In this document: positions 1-9,027 of the stretch, piece after piece | Position numbering within the stretch: the first letter of the stretch is position 1 | How the letters are laid out: every line of letters starts with the position of its first letter | Assembly (NCBI GenBank): GCA_000993685.1 | Contig: LBWP01000001.1 | Span: forward strand, 9,739-73,738 | Length of the DNA: 64,000 bases | Source: Candidatus Woesebacteria bacterium GW2011_GWA1_39_21 | GTDB lineage: Bacteria > Patescibacteriota > Microgenomatia > UBA8517 | Direction of reading: 5' to 3' | Program-made: the position numbers and the translations under genes | The notes under the pieces: generated by a model | Told to the model about the DNA's origin: nothing | The model's input: the letters and a program-made list of their open reading frames with translations, nothing else | The model's database searches: none

Positions 1-1
1 A

Positions 2-733
2 AATACCCAAGGATTAACCGTCCAGGAGGCAGTGAGTTTTATCCGTGGCGTGAAGGGGACAAGCGTCTTTCTTACGCTTGTCCGCGAGGGTGTGCAAAAA
101 CCTCTTGAGGTTGAACTCGTTCGCGATACGTTGGATGTTCCCAGTGTTGCGGTTGATTACGTTGGCGAAGACGGAAAGACAGCACACATTACACTCACCA
201 AATTCAGCGCGGATACGGAAACCGAGTGGAACAGTGCAATTACAGACCTTTTGACACACGATTTTAACGGGATAGTTCTTGATCTTCGCAACAACCCTGG
301 AGGTTACATGAAAGGAGCTATTGATCTGGGAGCTGATTTTATGGACCAGGGTAAAGTGGTTGTCGTTGAACAGACGGCGAAAGATAAAACTGAATACAAA
401 ATTGAGAAGTTGGGGAGGTTGAAAAACAGAAAACTTGTTGTCTTGATAAATGGCGGGTCTGCGTCTGCTTCGGAAATACTTTCGGGGGCACTACGTGACA
501 ATAACAAAACCCCGCTTGTTGGGGAAAAATCATTTGGAAAAGGAACAATACAGGAGCCGGAAGAAATTGAAAACGGTGTAGGGCTTCATATTACAATCGC
601 AAAGTGGTTAACTCCTAAAGGAAATTGGGTGAACGAAGTCGGGCTGAAACCAGACTATGAAGTTTCTGACAACTCGGATACGACCCAGGATGAACAGCTT
701 GAAAAAGCGATCTCGGTTTTACAGAGTTTGTAA
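2..733 (+). CDS. ctpA: S41 family C-terminal processing peptidase (5' partial, begins before window)
   Basis: DLRNNPGG, SASASEI and GEKSFGKG motifs; end of a PDZ domain at window start. Confidence 0.92.
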   Translation, partial: NTQGLTVQEAVSFIRGVKGTSVFLTLVREGVQKPLEVELVRDTLDVPSVAVDYVGEDGKTAHITLTKFSADTETEWNSAITDLLTHDFNGIVLDLRNNPGGYMKGAIDLGADFMDQGKVVVVEQTAKDKTEYKIEKLGRLKNRKLVVLINGGSASASEILSGALRDNNKTPLVGEKSFGKGTIQEPEEIENGVGLHITIAKWLTPKGNWVNEVGLKPDYEVSDNSDTTQDEQLEKAISVLQSL

Positions 734-787
734 ATTTAAAACAAAGCTTTCAGCTATTTTTAAGTTAGTATAATTATAAAGTAAAAT

Positions 788-1945
788 ATGAAATCGAAAT
801 TGAAGGGAGTTTTAATTTTAATCGTTGTTGTTGTGATTCTTTCAACTGCGGCTGTTGGCGGTGCAGTTGCTGATCGGGTTTTAAACATTAAAGTTTTTGA
901 TGCCATTATAACAAGAATAAATCCGTTAAAAACTTCGATAAACAGCGGCACAACGAAGGTGGTTTATGAAGAATCAATTGTCGTTGACGTTGCTAAAAAA
1001 GTTTCGCCGTCTGTTGTGACGGTTTCGGTGCAAACACCCCAAAGAAGAGTACTTCAATTTAATCCGTTTGGCGGAGGTTTTAGCCAAAGTATTCAGGGTG
1101 GAAAGCCACAAGATATTGGTACAGGTTTTATTGTCGCCTCAGATGGTTTGATTGTCACCAACAAGCATGTTGTTTCCGACACGACTGCGACTTACCAAGT
1201 AATCACCAGTAACGAGAAGACTTATGATGTTATTAATATTGCCAGAGACCCCTCAAATGACATTGCCGTCCTTAAAATTGACGCCAGTAGTTTACAGCCC
1301 GTGGAAATGGGGGATTCATCAAATCTAGAGGTCGGCCAGTTTGTGGTTGCTATTGGAACAGCTTTGGGTGAGTTTCGAAATACTGTAACGCAGGGTGTTG
1401 TTTCCGGCTTGGGAAGAGGGATAACGGCGGGAGACCAATACCAAGGATATGTCGAGCAGCTGGACAACGTTATTCAAACAGATGCCGCAATTAACCCCGG
1501 TAATTCAGGCGGTCCGCTTTTGAATTCCTCTGGTCAGGTCATTGGTATCAACGTTGCCGTGGCGTCTGGTGCACAAAATGTAGGTTTTGCAATTCCAATA
1601 AATATTGTTAAGGATGCATTGGCCCAATATAACCAAAACGGGGCCTTTATTGGAAAGGCTTATCTTGGTGTTGAATACCAGATGGTATCAAAGCAAGCGG
1701 CGGTGTTAAATGATGTTCCCGAAGGAGCGTATGTCGTTAACGTTGTTTCAGGTTCTCCGGCTGCCGATTCCGGATTAAAGGTTGACGATATTATTACCAA
1801 GATGGATGGAAAAGCGCTAAATGCTAATACCACCTTGGCTGATGTGATTAAGACAAAGAAGCCCGGGGACGAAGTCTCTCTGGAAGTTTATCGGGACGGA
1901 AATACGATGACTGTTCGTGCTACGTTGGGTTCTTCGGAAAGTTGA
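788..1945 (+). CDS. htrA: HtrA/DegP-like trypsin serine protease with PDZ domain
   Basis: N-terminal TM segment, TNKHVV, IQTDAAINPGNSGGPL, C-terminal PDZ. Confidence 0.93.
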   Translation: MKSKLKGVLILIVVVVILSTAAVGGAVADRVLNIKVFDAIITRINPLKTSINSGTTKVVYEESIVVDVAKKVSPSVVTVSVQTPQRRVLQFNPFGGGFSQSIQGGKPQDIGTGFIVASDGLIVTNKHVVSDTTATYQVITSNEKTYDVINIARDPSNDIAVLKIDASSLQPVEMGDSSNLEVGQFVVAIGTALGEFRNTVTQGVVSGLGRGITAGDQYQGYVEQLDNVIQTDAAINPGNSGGPLLNSSGQVIGINVAVASGAQNVGFAIPINIVKDALAQYNQNGAFIGKAYLGVEYQMVSKQAAVLNDVPEGAYVVNVVSGSPAADSGLKVDDIITKMDGKALNANTTLADVIKTKKPGDEVSLEVYRDGNTMTVRATLGSSES

Positions 1946-1999
1946 GCGTGGTTTTAGTATAGGTTGCCGATTATTAGTTTTACTTACTGACTTTGAAAA

Positions 2000-2734
2000 T
2001 TAGAAATCCGTATCTTTCAGAAGTGTAAGTATTTTTTCCAAATTTCCTTCCATGACAGCGTCTAAATTACCCCAGGATTTTCCAATCCTGTGGTCGGTAA
2101 GCCTGTTTTGAGGAAAGTTATAGGTTCTTATTTTTTCTGCGCGCATTCCACGACCGATGGCACTTCGATAGCCCGCAACGGTTTTTTCCTTTTCAAGTTC
2201 AGCTTTTTCCCAGAGGCGTGATCGGAGCATCGACATGGCAATCTCGCGATTTTGCCCCTGAAAACGTTCCTCACGAGCTGTGATGACAATTCCCGATGGT
2301 TTGTGAATTAGTCTTACCGCCGTTGAAACTTTATTGACGTTTTGACCGCCGTGTCCGCCTGCACGAAAAAATTGAAAATCAACGTCTGTAGGGTTGATTT
2401 TAATTTCGGAGTCGGTTACTTCCGGAAGAACTGCAACTGTTGCTGTCGATGTGTGGATGCGTCCGCGTTTTTCGGTCGATGGAACTCGCTGAACTCGGTG
2501 AACTCCGGATTCGTTTTTCAATAGGTCAAAAGCATTAAGTCCGGTAACTTGCAGTGTTAATTCGTCAATCATCACTGCTTTCCAATTTTTCTTGACCGCG
2601 TAGCGGTAGTACATTCGCAGAAGGTCCGACCCCCAAATTTTAGCCTCGTCCCCGCCGGTTGCTCCACGGATTTCAATATAGACCTTTTGCGGCTGATTTT
2701 GTTGAGCGGAACCATTTTGGTTGTAATTATCCAT
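2000..2734 (-). CDS. prfA: Peptide chain release factor 1, lacking N-terminal domain
   Basis: GGQ motif ([10 protein letters not shown]), PxT motif (RVPST), [15 protein letters not shown]; next to rpmE; start taken at MDNY. Confidence 0.88.
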   Translation of the reverse strand: MDNYNQNGSAQQNQPQKVYIEIRGATGGDEAKIWGSDLLRMYYRYAVKKNWKAVMIDELTLQVTGLNAFDLLKNESGVHRVQRVPSTEKRGRIHTSTATVAVLPEVTDSEIKINPTDVDFQFFRAGGHGGQNVNKVSTAVRLIHKPSGIVITAREERFQGQNREIAMSMLRSRLWEKAELEKEKTVAGYRSAIGRGMRAEKIRTYNFPQNRLTDHRIGKSWGNLDAVMEGNLEKILTLLKDTDF

Positions 2735-2781
2735 AGCTAATATATTAAACAAGACAAAAAAATAAACAAAGAAGTATCAAC

Positions 2782-3120
2782 CTAATTTTTTGCTTTCTTT
2801 TTACTGACTTTCGCGAGTTTACGAAGCTCATCGAGCGTGTCGGGTCTTTCCAGCTCCTTTTCAAGCTGCTTTTGTTTTTTGACCCTTCTTTTTTCGGATT
2901 TTGAAAGATGTTTGGTCTGTGCTTTTGCTTGTTTTGATAAGAAAGCATCGACACGTCCGGCAGTGTCGACATATTTCATCTGCCCTGTATAAAAAGGATG
3001 GCAATTACTACAGACCTCGACTTGGATTTGTGGAACGCTGGCACCGATAGTGAAAGTATTGCCACAGGCACAACTCACTTGGCAGTCATCGTACCATTTT
3101 GGGTGAATATTTGTTTTCAT
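2782..3120 (-). CDS. rpmE: 50S ribosomal protein L31 with basic C-terminal extension
   Basis: MKTNIHP..CACGN..CSNCHPFYTG..DTAGRVD. Confidence 0.95.
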   Translation of the reverse strand: MKTNIHPKWYDDCQVSCACGNTFTIGASVPQIQVEVCSNCHPFYTGQMKYVDTAGRVDAFLSKQAKAQTKHLSKSEKRRVKKQKQLEKELERPDTLDELRKLAKVSKKKAKN

Positions 3121-3211
3121 AATATAAGAATTCCTTTAATGTATTATTTAAGTTTACTAGGGAATTATATCAAAACTGAATAAATTTACAAAGATCGAAA
3201 TAGAAAAAGTC

Positions 3212-3703
3212 CTATCCGAACAGTCGTCTCAGAAGATTCCTTCCTTTAGGGGCTTTACCAATTTCTTTATCAACACTTTTTTTGGCAGCTTCTGAGGCAG
3301 AATCTCTTGCCCTTCTCAAAGTATTTACGGGAATATTTTCAGAAAATACCCCATCAAGTCCAAGGGTATTGAACCAGGCGTAATAAGTATCATCATCAAC
3401 ATATCCTTTTAACCGGAGCTCTTCGGCGATCTTCTTTGCGTTTTTTTCATCCGTTAAAATTTCCGTGCCGCCCCGGCAAGGTTTAAAAGTTATGGGTGGC
3501 TCGTCACCCTGATGAATCGATCCTACTTGCTCTGCGGCTTCTAGAATATCATGAGCCTCACCAACGCTTGACTCCGGTTCGAGTCTTCTTCTTGTGTTCC
3601 CCATCACACCATCCGGGGTAATTTTATAAAAGCGAACGTTAATCGCAATCGCCGGTGGAAAAATTTCAAGGTTGTCAGGTGATTGTTCTTTAAATCTCGG
3701 CAT
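3212..3703 (-). CDS. Hypothetical protein
   Basis: 163 aa ORF filling the gap, no recognised motif. Confidence 0.6.
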   Translation of the reverse strand: MPRFKEQSPDNLEIFPPAIAINVRFYKITPDGVMGNTRRRLEPESSVGEAHDILEAAEQVGSIHQGDEPPITFKPCRGGTEILTDEKNAKKIAEELRLKGYVDDDTYYAWFNTLGLDGVFSENIPVNTLRRARDSASEAAKKSVDKEIGKAPKGRNLLRRLFG

Positions 3704-3735
3704 ACTGGGAAATTTAATATATCATTTTCTTGTGA

Positions 3736-4662
3736 TTATTCAATCCCCTTTTTTGTAACCTTTTTATATTCGGCAATGAATACGCCGATTGTGACAACTG
3801 CCGTGCCAATGATAAAGGGAACGCTAAGGGTTTCCTTCAGCCAGAATATTGCCAATGGGGCTGCAAAAAGGGGGGAGAGGTAACCAAACAATGTTGCTTC
3901 CGAAGCCTCGATTTTTCTTTGGCCTTCCTGGTATAAAAAGTAAGCCAGAGATCCTGACAGAACTGCCATATACCAAACACCCAAATGAGAAAGAAGCGGG
4001 GCAGCGGAGACCATAAGTAGAAGATTAACAGCGCCTTTTGTTTGCAAAAGCGCAAACGGTAGCGAAGTTAAAAAACCGATCAAGAATGTAAACGTTGTCA
4101 TCGTTAGGTTGTCGACACGGTGTTTGAGTTCGGTTTTAGTAATAATTACGTAAAAAACCCAGGCGATGTTGGCAGCGACAATTAGAAGGTTTCCTACTAT
4201 CGCTTGGGAGTTAAAAAGGTTGCCTTCAAAAAGAGGTTGGACAACAATAATCAGCGTTCCAAAGAATGTGACGATAATTCCGGCAAGTTCTTTTTTGGAA
4301 ATTTTTTCTTTTAAGAAATACATTCCTCCGATTACGACAAAGATCGGCGCAGTATTTCCAATTATGATGGCGTCAAGGACAGTTGTTTTTTCGATGCCTA
4401 AGAAAAGTAGTCCGAGGTTTAAGGTTGATCCTAAAAGCCCGGCTGCCGTGAGCATGACAATCTCCCTTTTGGAGTAAAGAAATTTCGGTTTAAAAACCCA
4501 GACGATTGGAAGCATTAAAAGCGTCGAAATGAAAAAACGGTAGGTTAAAAAAACCATCGGCGGAAAGTTGGGTAGCGTGTATTTGATTACAGGCCCGGCA
4601 ATACCCCAAATGGCTGCGACAACCAGAAGGAGTGTGTATGATTTAAGACGGTCTTTGCTCAC
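3736..4662 (-). CDS. EamA/DMT family transporter
   Basis: About 10 hydrophobic segments in two repeats; IWG, LKEKI and WLKETL motifs. Confidence 0.88.
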   Translation of the reverse strand: MSKDRLKSYTLLLVVAAIWGIAGPVIKYTLPNFPPMVFLTYRFFISTLLMLPIVWVFKPKFLYSKREIVMLTAAGLLGSTLNLGLLFLGIEKTTVLDAIIIGNTAPIFVVIGGMYFLKEKISKKELAGIIVTFFGTLIIVVQPLFEGNLFNSQAIVGNLLIVAANIAWVFYVIITKTELKHRVDNLTMTTFTFLIGFLTSLPFALLQTKGAVNLLLMVSAAPLLSHLGVWYMAVLSGSLAYFLYQEGQRKIEASEATLFGYLSPLFAAPLAIFWLKETLSVPFIIGTAVVTIGVFIAEYKKVTKKGIE

Positions 4663-4761
4663 AGTTAATTATTGCTTAGGCATGAGGTATAAGGCAAGAG
4701 GTAGAAAGAAAAAAGTAAGAATCTACATTGATCCATAATTTCTTAATCGAAATAATTAAAC

Positions 4762-5988
4762 CTATTTGTTTATAATTGAAGCTATTCCGTTACTGAAGAC
4801 TTTTTTTTGTGATTGAGTATTAAGGTTTTTTATTGTCACAGTATCTGATGCAACTTCTTCGGGACCCAGAATCGCAACATACGGAATTTCTTTTTTGTCG
4901 GCATATTTGAGTTGTTTTTCCAATTTTACTTGGGGGTCGGGATAGAGTTCACAGTTAATTCCTTGCGCCCTTATTTTAAGACTTAGGTTAAGTGAATTGT
5001 TATATAAATCGGGCGAAAACACTGTAACTAATATTTTTGTGATAGGTTCGAGATTGGGGATAAGCCCATTGAACTCAAGTGCCTCTAATGTTCTGTCAAA
5101 ACCGAAAGCGATTCCCGTTGCGAAGATTTTTTTGCCGGTGATTTTTTCTGCCATCGAATCATAGCGTTCGCCGCCCCCGACCGACCCGCCAAAAGAGGCG
5201 GTTGAATATTCTGGGACAGTCATTTCCCAGATGGGGCCTTGTGAGTAGGAAAATGATCTTGCCAAGGTAGGCTCGAATTTATAATTGTCTGAAGAAACCC
5301 CGGCGTTTTCTAAATACTCGAAGATAATTTTAAGCGTTTCGTCGGGTTTTAAATTTTCAACTTTATCAAAAAACCTTGCCGCTTCTTCTTTTTCAAAACC
5401 TTTTTGGACGATTTCTGTTATCACTCCGTCTTTTCCTATTTTTTTCATCTTGTCGATTGCTGCGATAACGGGGTAGGGAATTCCTTCCAACAGATCACGA
5501 TTATTGATAAGCGCAGCGGCGTTTTTAAACCCGAGAGATCTATAAAGTTCAATACTTAAGGCAATGCATTCGGCATCTGCCGTTGGTGATTCAATACCGA
5601 AGATGTCAACGTCGGCTTGCGTAAACTCACGGTAACGCCCTTTTTGCGGTTTCTCTGCTCTATATGCGTTTTGAATTTGATAGCGTCTGAATGGAAACGT
5701 CAGCTGGTCATAGTATTGTCCGACAACCCTGCATGTTGGGACCGTTTGATCGTAGCGCATGACAACTTCACGGTCACCCTGATCTTTGAATTTGTAGTAA
5801 AGTTTTTCGTCTTCGCCGATCTGTCCCTCAAAAAGTTCAATTGGCTCAAGTGTTGGGGTTTCTAATGGCTCGTAACCCCATTTTTCAAAAATTTTTATCA
5901 TCTCACTTTTGAGCCACGCGCGTTTTCTTGCCTCCGAAGGCAAGAAATCCCTAAATCCTTTTAGTGATTGTATTTTGTATTTTGTCAT
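4762..5988 (-). CDS. hisS: Histidine--tRNA ligase
   Basis: KGFRDFLP, MRYDQTVP, RAEKPQKGRYREFTQ, GGGERYD, anticodon-binding domain. Confidence 0.96.
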   Translation of the reverse strand: MTKYKIQSLKGFRDFLPSEARKRAWLKSEMIKIFEKWGYEPLETPTLEPIELFEGQIGEDEKLYYKFKDQGDREVVMRYDQTVPTCRVVGQYYDQLTFPFRRYQIQNAYRAEKPQKGRYREFTQADVDIFGIESPTADAECIALSIELYRSLGFKNAAALINNRDLLEGIPYPVIAAIDKMKKIGKDGVITEIVQKGFEKEEAARFFDKVENLKPDETLKIIFEYLENAGVSSDNYKFEPTLARSFSYSQGPIWEMTVPEYSTASFGGSVGGGERYDSMAEKITGKKIFATGIAFGFDRTLEALEFNGLIPNLEPITKILVTVFSPDLYNNSLNLSLKIRAQGINCELYPDPQVKLEKQLKYADKKEIPYVAILGPEEVASDTVTIKNLNTQSQKKVFSNGIASIINK

Positions 5989-5992
5989 ATTG

Positions 5993-6691
5993 TTATTTTA
6001 CGATTTTTGCAGACGTTTTGATAGTAAAATATTTTGAGCCTGTCAAAATATTAATAAAGTCGCCGGAAGGTTGTAAGATTCTTTTGTGTCCTGTAAAAAT
6101 TGTGGCTGATAAGGATCCTGATCCGCAAGCATTTTCCCAAACTAGAGAGTCTGTTTTAACTACGTAGATACACGGTACTATTCTTGAATTTTCCAGATAA
6201 ATAATTCCAGCAGCATAGGATTTATATTTTATTGCAAGAGTTTTTAGATTGTTTTTCAGATAAAACTCATTGGTGTTGTTTATTTTGTTACGTATTTCAT
6301 AAACAATTCCTTTAAGAAGAAATACATTATTAATTTTTTTTATAAAAATACATTTGGGTAGCTTGACTGATACACTTCTTTGTGTTGCAATACCGCTTAC
6401 TACTTCGTTGATACCAGAAGTTCTAAGTTTTACGTTAGGATTTTTAGTCATTTCGGATGTCAGATAAATTCCAGCAAGAGTTCCGTTGATACTTAATTCA
6501 TTTCCCATCATTACAAGGGAGTAATATTTACTATTTGAATCTTTTTGTAAAAATGCCACTTGTTCAATTGACTTGTCTTCTGCCATTATTCTTTTCGCAC
6601 GTAATGACTGGGATTTTGGGTTTTTGGAATATAAAACTACTGCTGTTTTTTGTCCAGCAGTATCAATTATTTTGTAATTTACGTTTTCCAT
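5993..6691 (-). CDS. DapF-fold CntK (histidine racemase)-like protein, first catalytic Cys replaced by Ser
   Basis: EQVAFL, LVMMGNELSING (CntK as recalled: LVMSGNEFCGNA), P.IY...SLVWENACGSG, QPSG; ATG at 6691 just after the tRNA. Confidence 0.75.
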   Translation of the reverse strand: MENVNYKIIDTAGQKTAVVLYSKNPKSQSLRAKRIMAEDKSIEQVAFLQKDSNSKYYSLVMMGNELSINGTLAGIYLTSEMTKNPNVKLRTSGINEVVSGIATQRSVSVKLPKCIFIKKINNVFLLKGIVYEIRNKINNTNEFYLKNNLKTLAIKYKSYAAGIIYLENSRIVPCIYVVKTDSLVWENACGSGSLSATIFTGHKRILQPSGDFINILTGSKYFTIKTSAKIVK

Positions 6692-6694
6692 ATG

Positions 6695-6766
6695 GGTAGG
6701 TGAAGGGAGTTGAACCTTCATCTTTGGTTTCACAGGCCAAAGCTTTAACCGTTAAGCTACACCCAC
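6695..6766 (-). tRNA. tRNA-His (GUG), atypical
   Basis: Cloverleaf: acceptor GTGGGTG/CACCTAC, D arm GCTT/AAGC with GG, anticodon loop CT-GTG-AA, TTCAA T loop, C73; mismatches C31-A39 and A51-C63; no encoded G-1. Confidence 0.8.
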
Positions 6767-6767
6767 T

Positions 6768-6791
6768 AAAAAACCCAGCCTTGGCTGGGTT
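6768..6791 (-). terminator. Intrinsic terminator-like hairpin directly upstream of tRNA-His
   Basis: AACCCAGC-CAAG-GCTGGGTT followed by a U tract on the minus strand. Confidence 0.6.
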
Positions 6792-6905
6792 ATCGAGTCT
6801 GACCTTGTTGATTTTTTAAACTAAAAAACCACCGGTTTGGAGGGTTAACTTTTCTCACACAATATTATATTTATCGTTTAAAAGTCAAGTTTTTTCAATT
6901 TTGAT

Positions 6906-7922
6906 TTACGACTCAGGTGTTGGTGTGGGGGATGGGAGGATGTAAATCTTTCTTGCAGAATTAACGTCTTTTTCCGTTGTGTAAGTGCCGATTACGGTGT
7001 CGCCTTCGGAAACGTTTGTATAGCGGCTTTTTGTAGGGACAGAAACGTCTCCAGTATAGGTATTTGTGTTGTTGTTGATGTTAAGCGAAACCTTACCTGA
7101 ATCTTTTTCGTCAATTCCGAAATCGGCCTTGTTTTTCTCGATAACGGTTCCGTAGAAAATTTTTACTTCGAGTGGTGTTTGCGGTTGTGTTACAACAATT
7201 CTAACTGCTTCGAGCAGACTGTTTGCCTTGATATGCCCCATTGCAAGAATAAAATCTCCGATTGCAATGTCAACCGCGGAAATTTTTGAAGTTTTTACAC
7301 CAAACTTTGCGAAGCTTGTTGACGCGACAGAATAAGAAACCTGTTCAATGTCGCCATTTTTGTCTTTCAGTTGAACGCCGCTTTCAGTCAGGTCAGTAAC
7401 CGTTCCTTGGAAAAATTCAATCCTGTTTTGTGTTGCTTCTAGTTTTTGGTCTGCTGAATCTTTTGTGTCATTTACTTCTTGATCTTTATTAGGGTTTGCA
7501 ATTTCCGAAGAGTAGGCAACTTCAAGACTGGTTGAGACTCTTTGGTTGTCGGCGGTTACAGAAGTGATATTAAGATAGTTCACCGATGGGTCGATTTCGT
7601 AATCAAATTCAAACGAGCCATCAATTTTGCTTTTTTGAACAGTATCGCTTGTTCCACCGGTTGTGACAATGTAACTTTGGGCGTGGGTAATTCCAGAGAC
7701 CTGAATGATGTCACTGGCAACGGCTGAGTTATCGGCAGGTTTGAGAAGCGTGAGCGTTTTTAGATCGTTTGTCTTGGAAGAGCTGGTGTCTGCATTATTG
7801 GTGTCGGGGTTGGCCACAGAATCTTTACTCTTCATTGCCGAGTTGACGCGGAAAATACCGAATGCAAAAATCAATCCGATAAACAAACCGAAAAAAATTG
7901 CGAATAGCACCTCTTTACGCAT
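6906..7922 (-). CDS. Membrane-anchored extracellular protein (Ig-like and OB-like repeats)
   Basis: N-terminal TM segment, GTV..GD.V/I repeats, PSPTPTP tail. Confidence 0.7.
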   Translation of the reverse strand: MRKEVLFAIFFGLFIGLIFAFGIFRVNSAMKSKDSVANPDTNNADTSSSKTNDLKTLTLLKPADNSAVASDIIQVSGITHAQSYIVTTGGTSDTVQKSKIDGSFEFDYEIDPSVNYLNITSVTADNQRVSTSLEVAYSSEIANPNKDQEVNDTKDSADQKLEATQNRIEFFQGTVTDLTESGVQLKDKNGDIEQVSYSVASTSFAKFGVKTSKISAVDIAIGDFILAMGHIKANSLLEAVRIVVTQPQTPLEVKIFYGTVIEKNKADFGIDEKDSGKVSLNINNNTNTYTGDVSVPTKSRYTNVSEGDTVIGTYTTEKDVNSARKIYILPSPTPTPES

Positions 7923-7932
7923 GATGTTTTAT

Positions 7933-8031
7933 TGAATTCATCTGCGAAATCCACGGACTTTAGTCCGTGGATGAAGCAAGAATCCAATCTTGTCGACAAA
8001 ATACCATGGGCTTTAGCCCGTGGTATTTTAT
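7933..8031 (+). mobile_element. 99 bp non-autonomous IS200/IS605-type palindromic element, family B copy 1
   Basis: Follows TTAT; hairpins CCACGGAC-TTTA-GTCCGTGG and CCATGGGC-TTTA-GCCCGTGG; near-identical inverted copy at 46283-46381. Confidence 0.8.
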
Positions 8032-8174
8032 TGCCACTTTGCCTAAAACCATGTCTATAGAGAAACTCATCCTATAGGAGGATGACTAGGACCTTGTCAA
8101 CTATATTTTACTGATTTGTCCTTGTCAAGTTTAACACCTTTTGCTAGGATGTCATTGATGCGATTCAGAACAAT

Positions 8175-8825
8175 ATGGATATAGTATATTTGGGCCATTC
8201 GTCGTTTAAACTAAAAGGGAAAAACACTTCTGTAATTACAGATCCTTTTGATCCGCAAATGCTTGGTCTTAAGTTTCCCAAAAATGAAGCCGATATCGTT
8301 ACCGTATCTCACAATCACAGCGATCATAATCACCTTGAACTAGTTAGCGGTGTCAAAATGGTTATCAACTCTCCCGGAGAGTATGAAGTTATGGACGTTT
8401 CGGTTATTGGAATTGAGGTTGATCATGATAGTGAGGGAGGAAAAGTAAGGGGTAAAAATACCGTTTTTGTATTTGAAATCGACGGAATCAGGCTTGCACA
8501 TTTAGGTGATTTGGGCCATAAACTGACCGATAAAGTTACAGAAACAATCAGTGACGTTGATGTCTTGATGCTTCCGGTTGGTGGTTTTTTTACCATCGGT
8601 GCCAAAGAGGCTTCCGAGATTGCAAAAGGGTTTGAATCGCCATTTATTATTCCAATGCATTATCGTGTCCCAGGAATGAAAGAAGAGATTGCCTCGAAGA
8701 TTGCTCCGGTTGACGATTTTTTAAAGGAATTTGGAGTTGAGGTTGACAAGACGGATAAGTTGAATATTAAAAAAGAGTTGATTAACTACGAGCAACAGAA
8801 AGTAATATTATTGGAGAAACGTTGA
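8175..8825 (+). CDS. MBL-fold metallo-hydrolase
   Basis: YLGHSSF, SHNHSDH, HLGDLG, IPMHY. Confidence 0.9.
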   Translation: MDIVYLGHSSFKLKGKNTSVITDPFDPQMLGLKFPKNEADIVTVSHNHSDHNHLELVSGVKMVINSPGEYEVMDVSVIGIEVDHDSEGGKVRGKNTVFVFEIDGIRLAHLGDLGHKLTDKVTETISDVDVLMLPVGGFFTIGAKEASEIAKGFESPFIIPMHYRVPGMKEEIASKIAPVDDFLKEFGVEVDKTDKLNIKKELINYEQQKVILLEKR

Positions 8826-9027
8826 TGGGTTAACTTCTGATTTTAATATCTGATTAATCTATTCAATTCCCAATAATCAGGTGACCAATTTTGAAAGGAG
8901 TTGCCAACCTCTTCATCTTTTTAGTCATTTTGTTATTGAAAATTGTTTTAAAATTAGATATTAGTAAGTATAAATCAACAGTTTTGAAAAAAGCAGAGTT
9001 GCCTTCTTAGTTAATTAATTTAGTTAC

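Noticed and set aside
6692-6733. ORF-track N-terminal extension MKPKMKVQLPSPTH of the racemase-like gene
   Set aside because: It lies inside the tRNA-His cloverleaf; homology starts at the ATG at 6691
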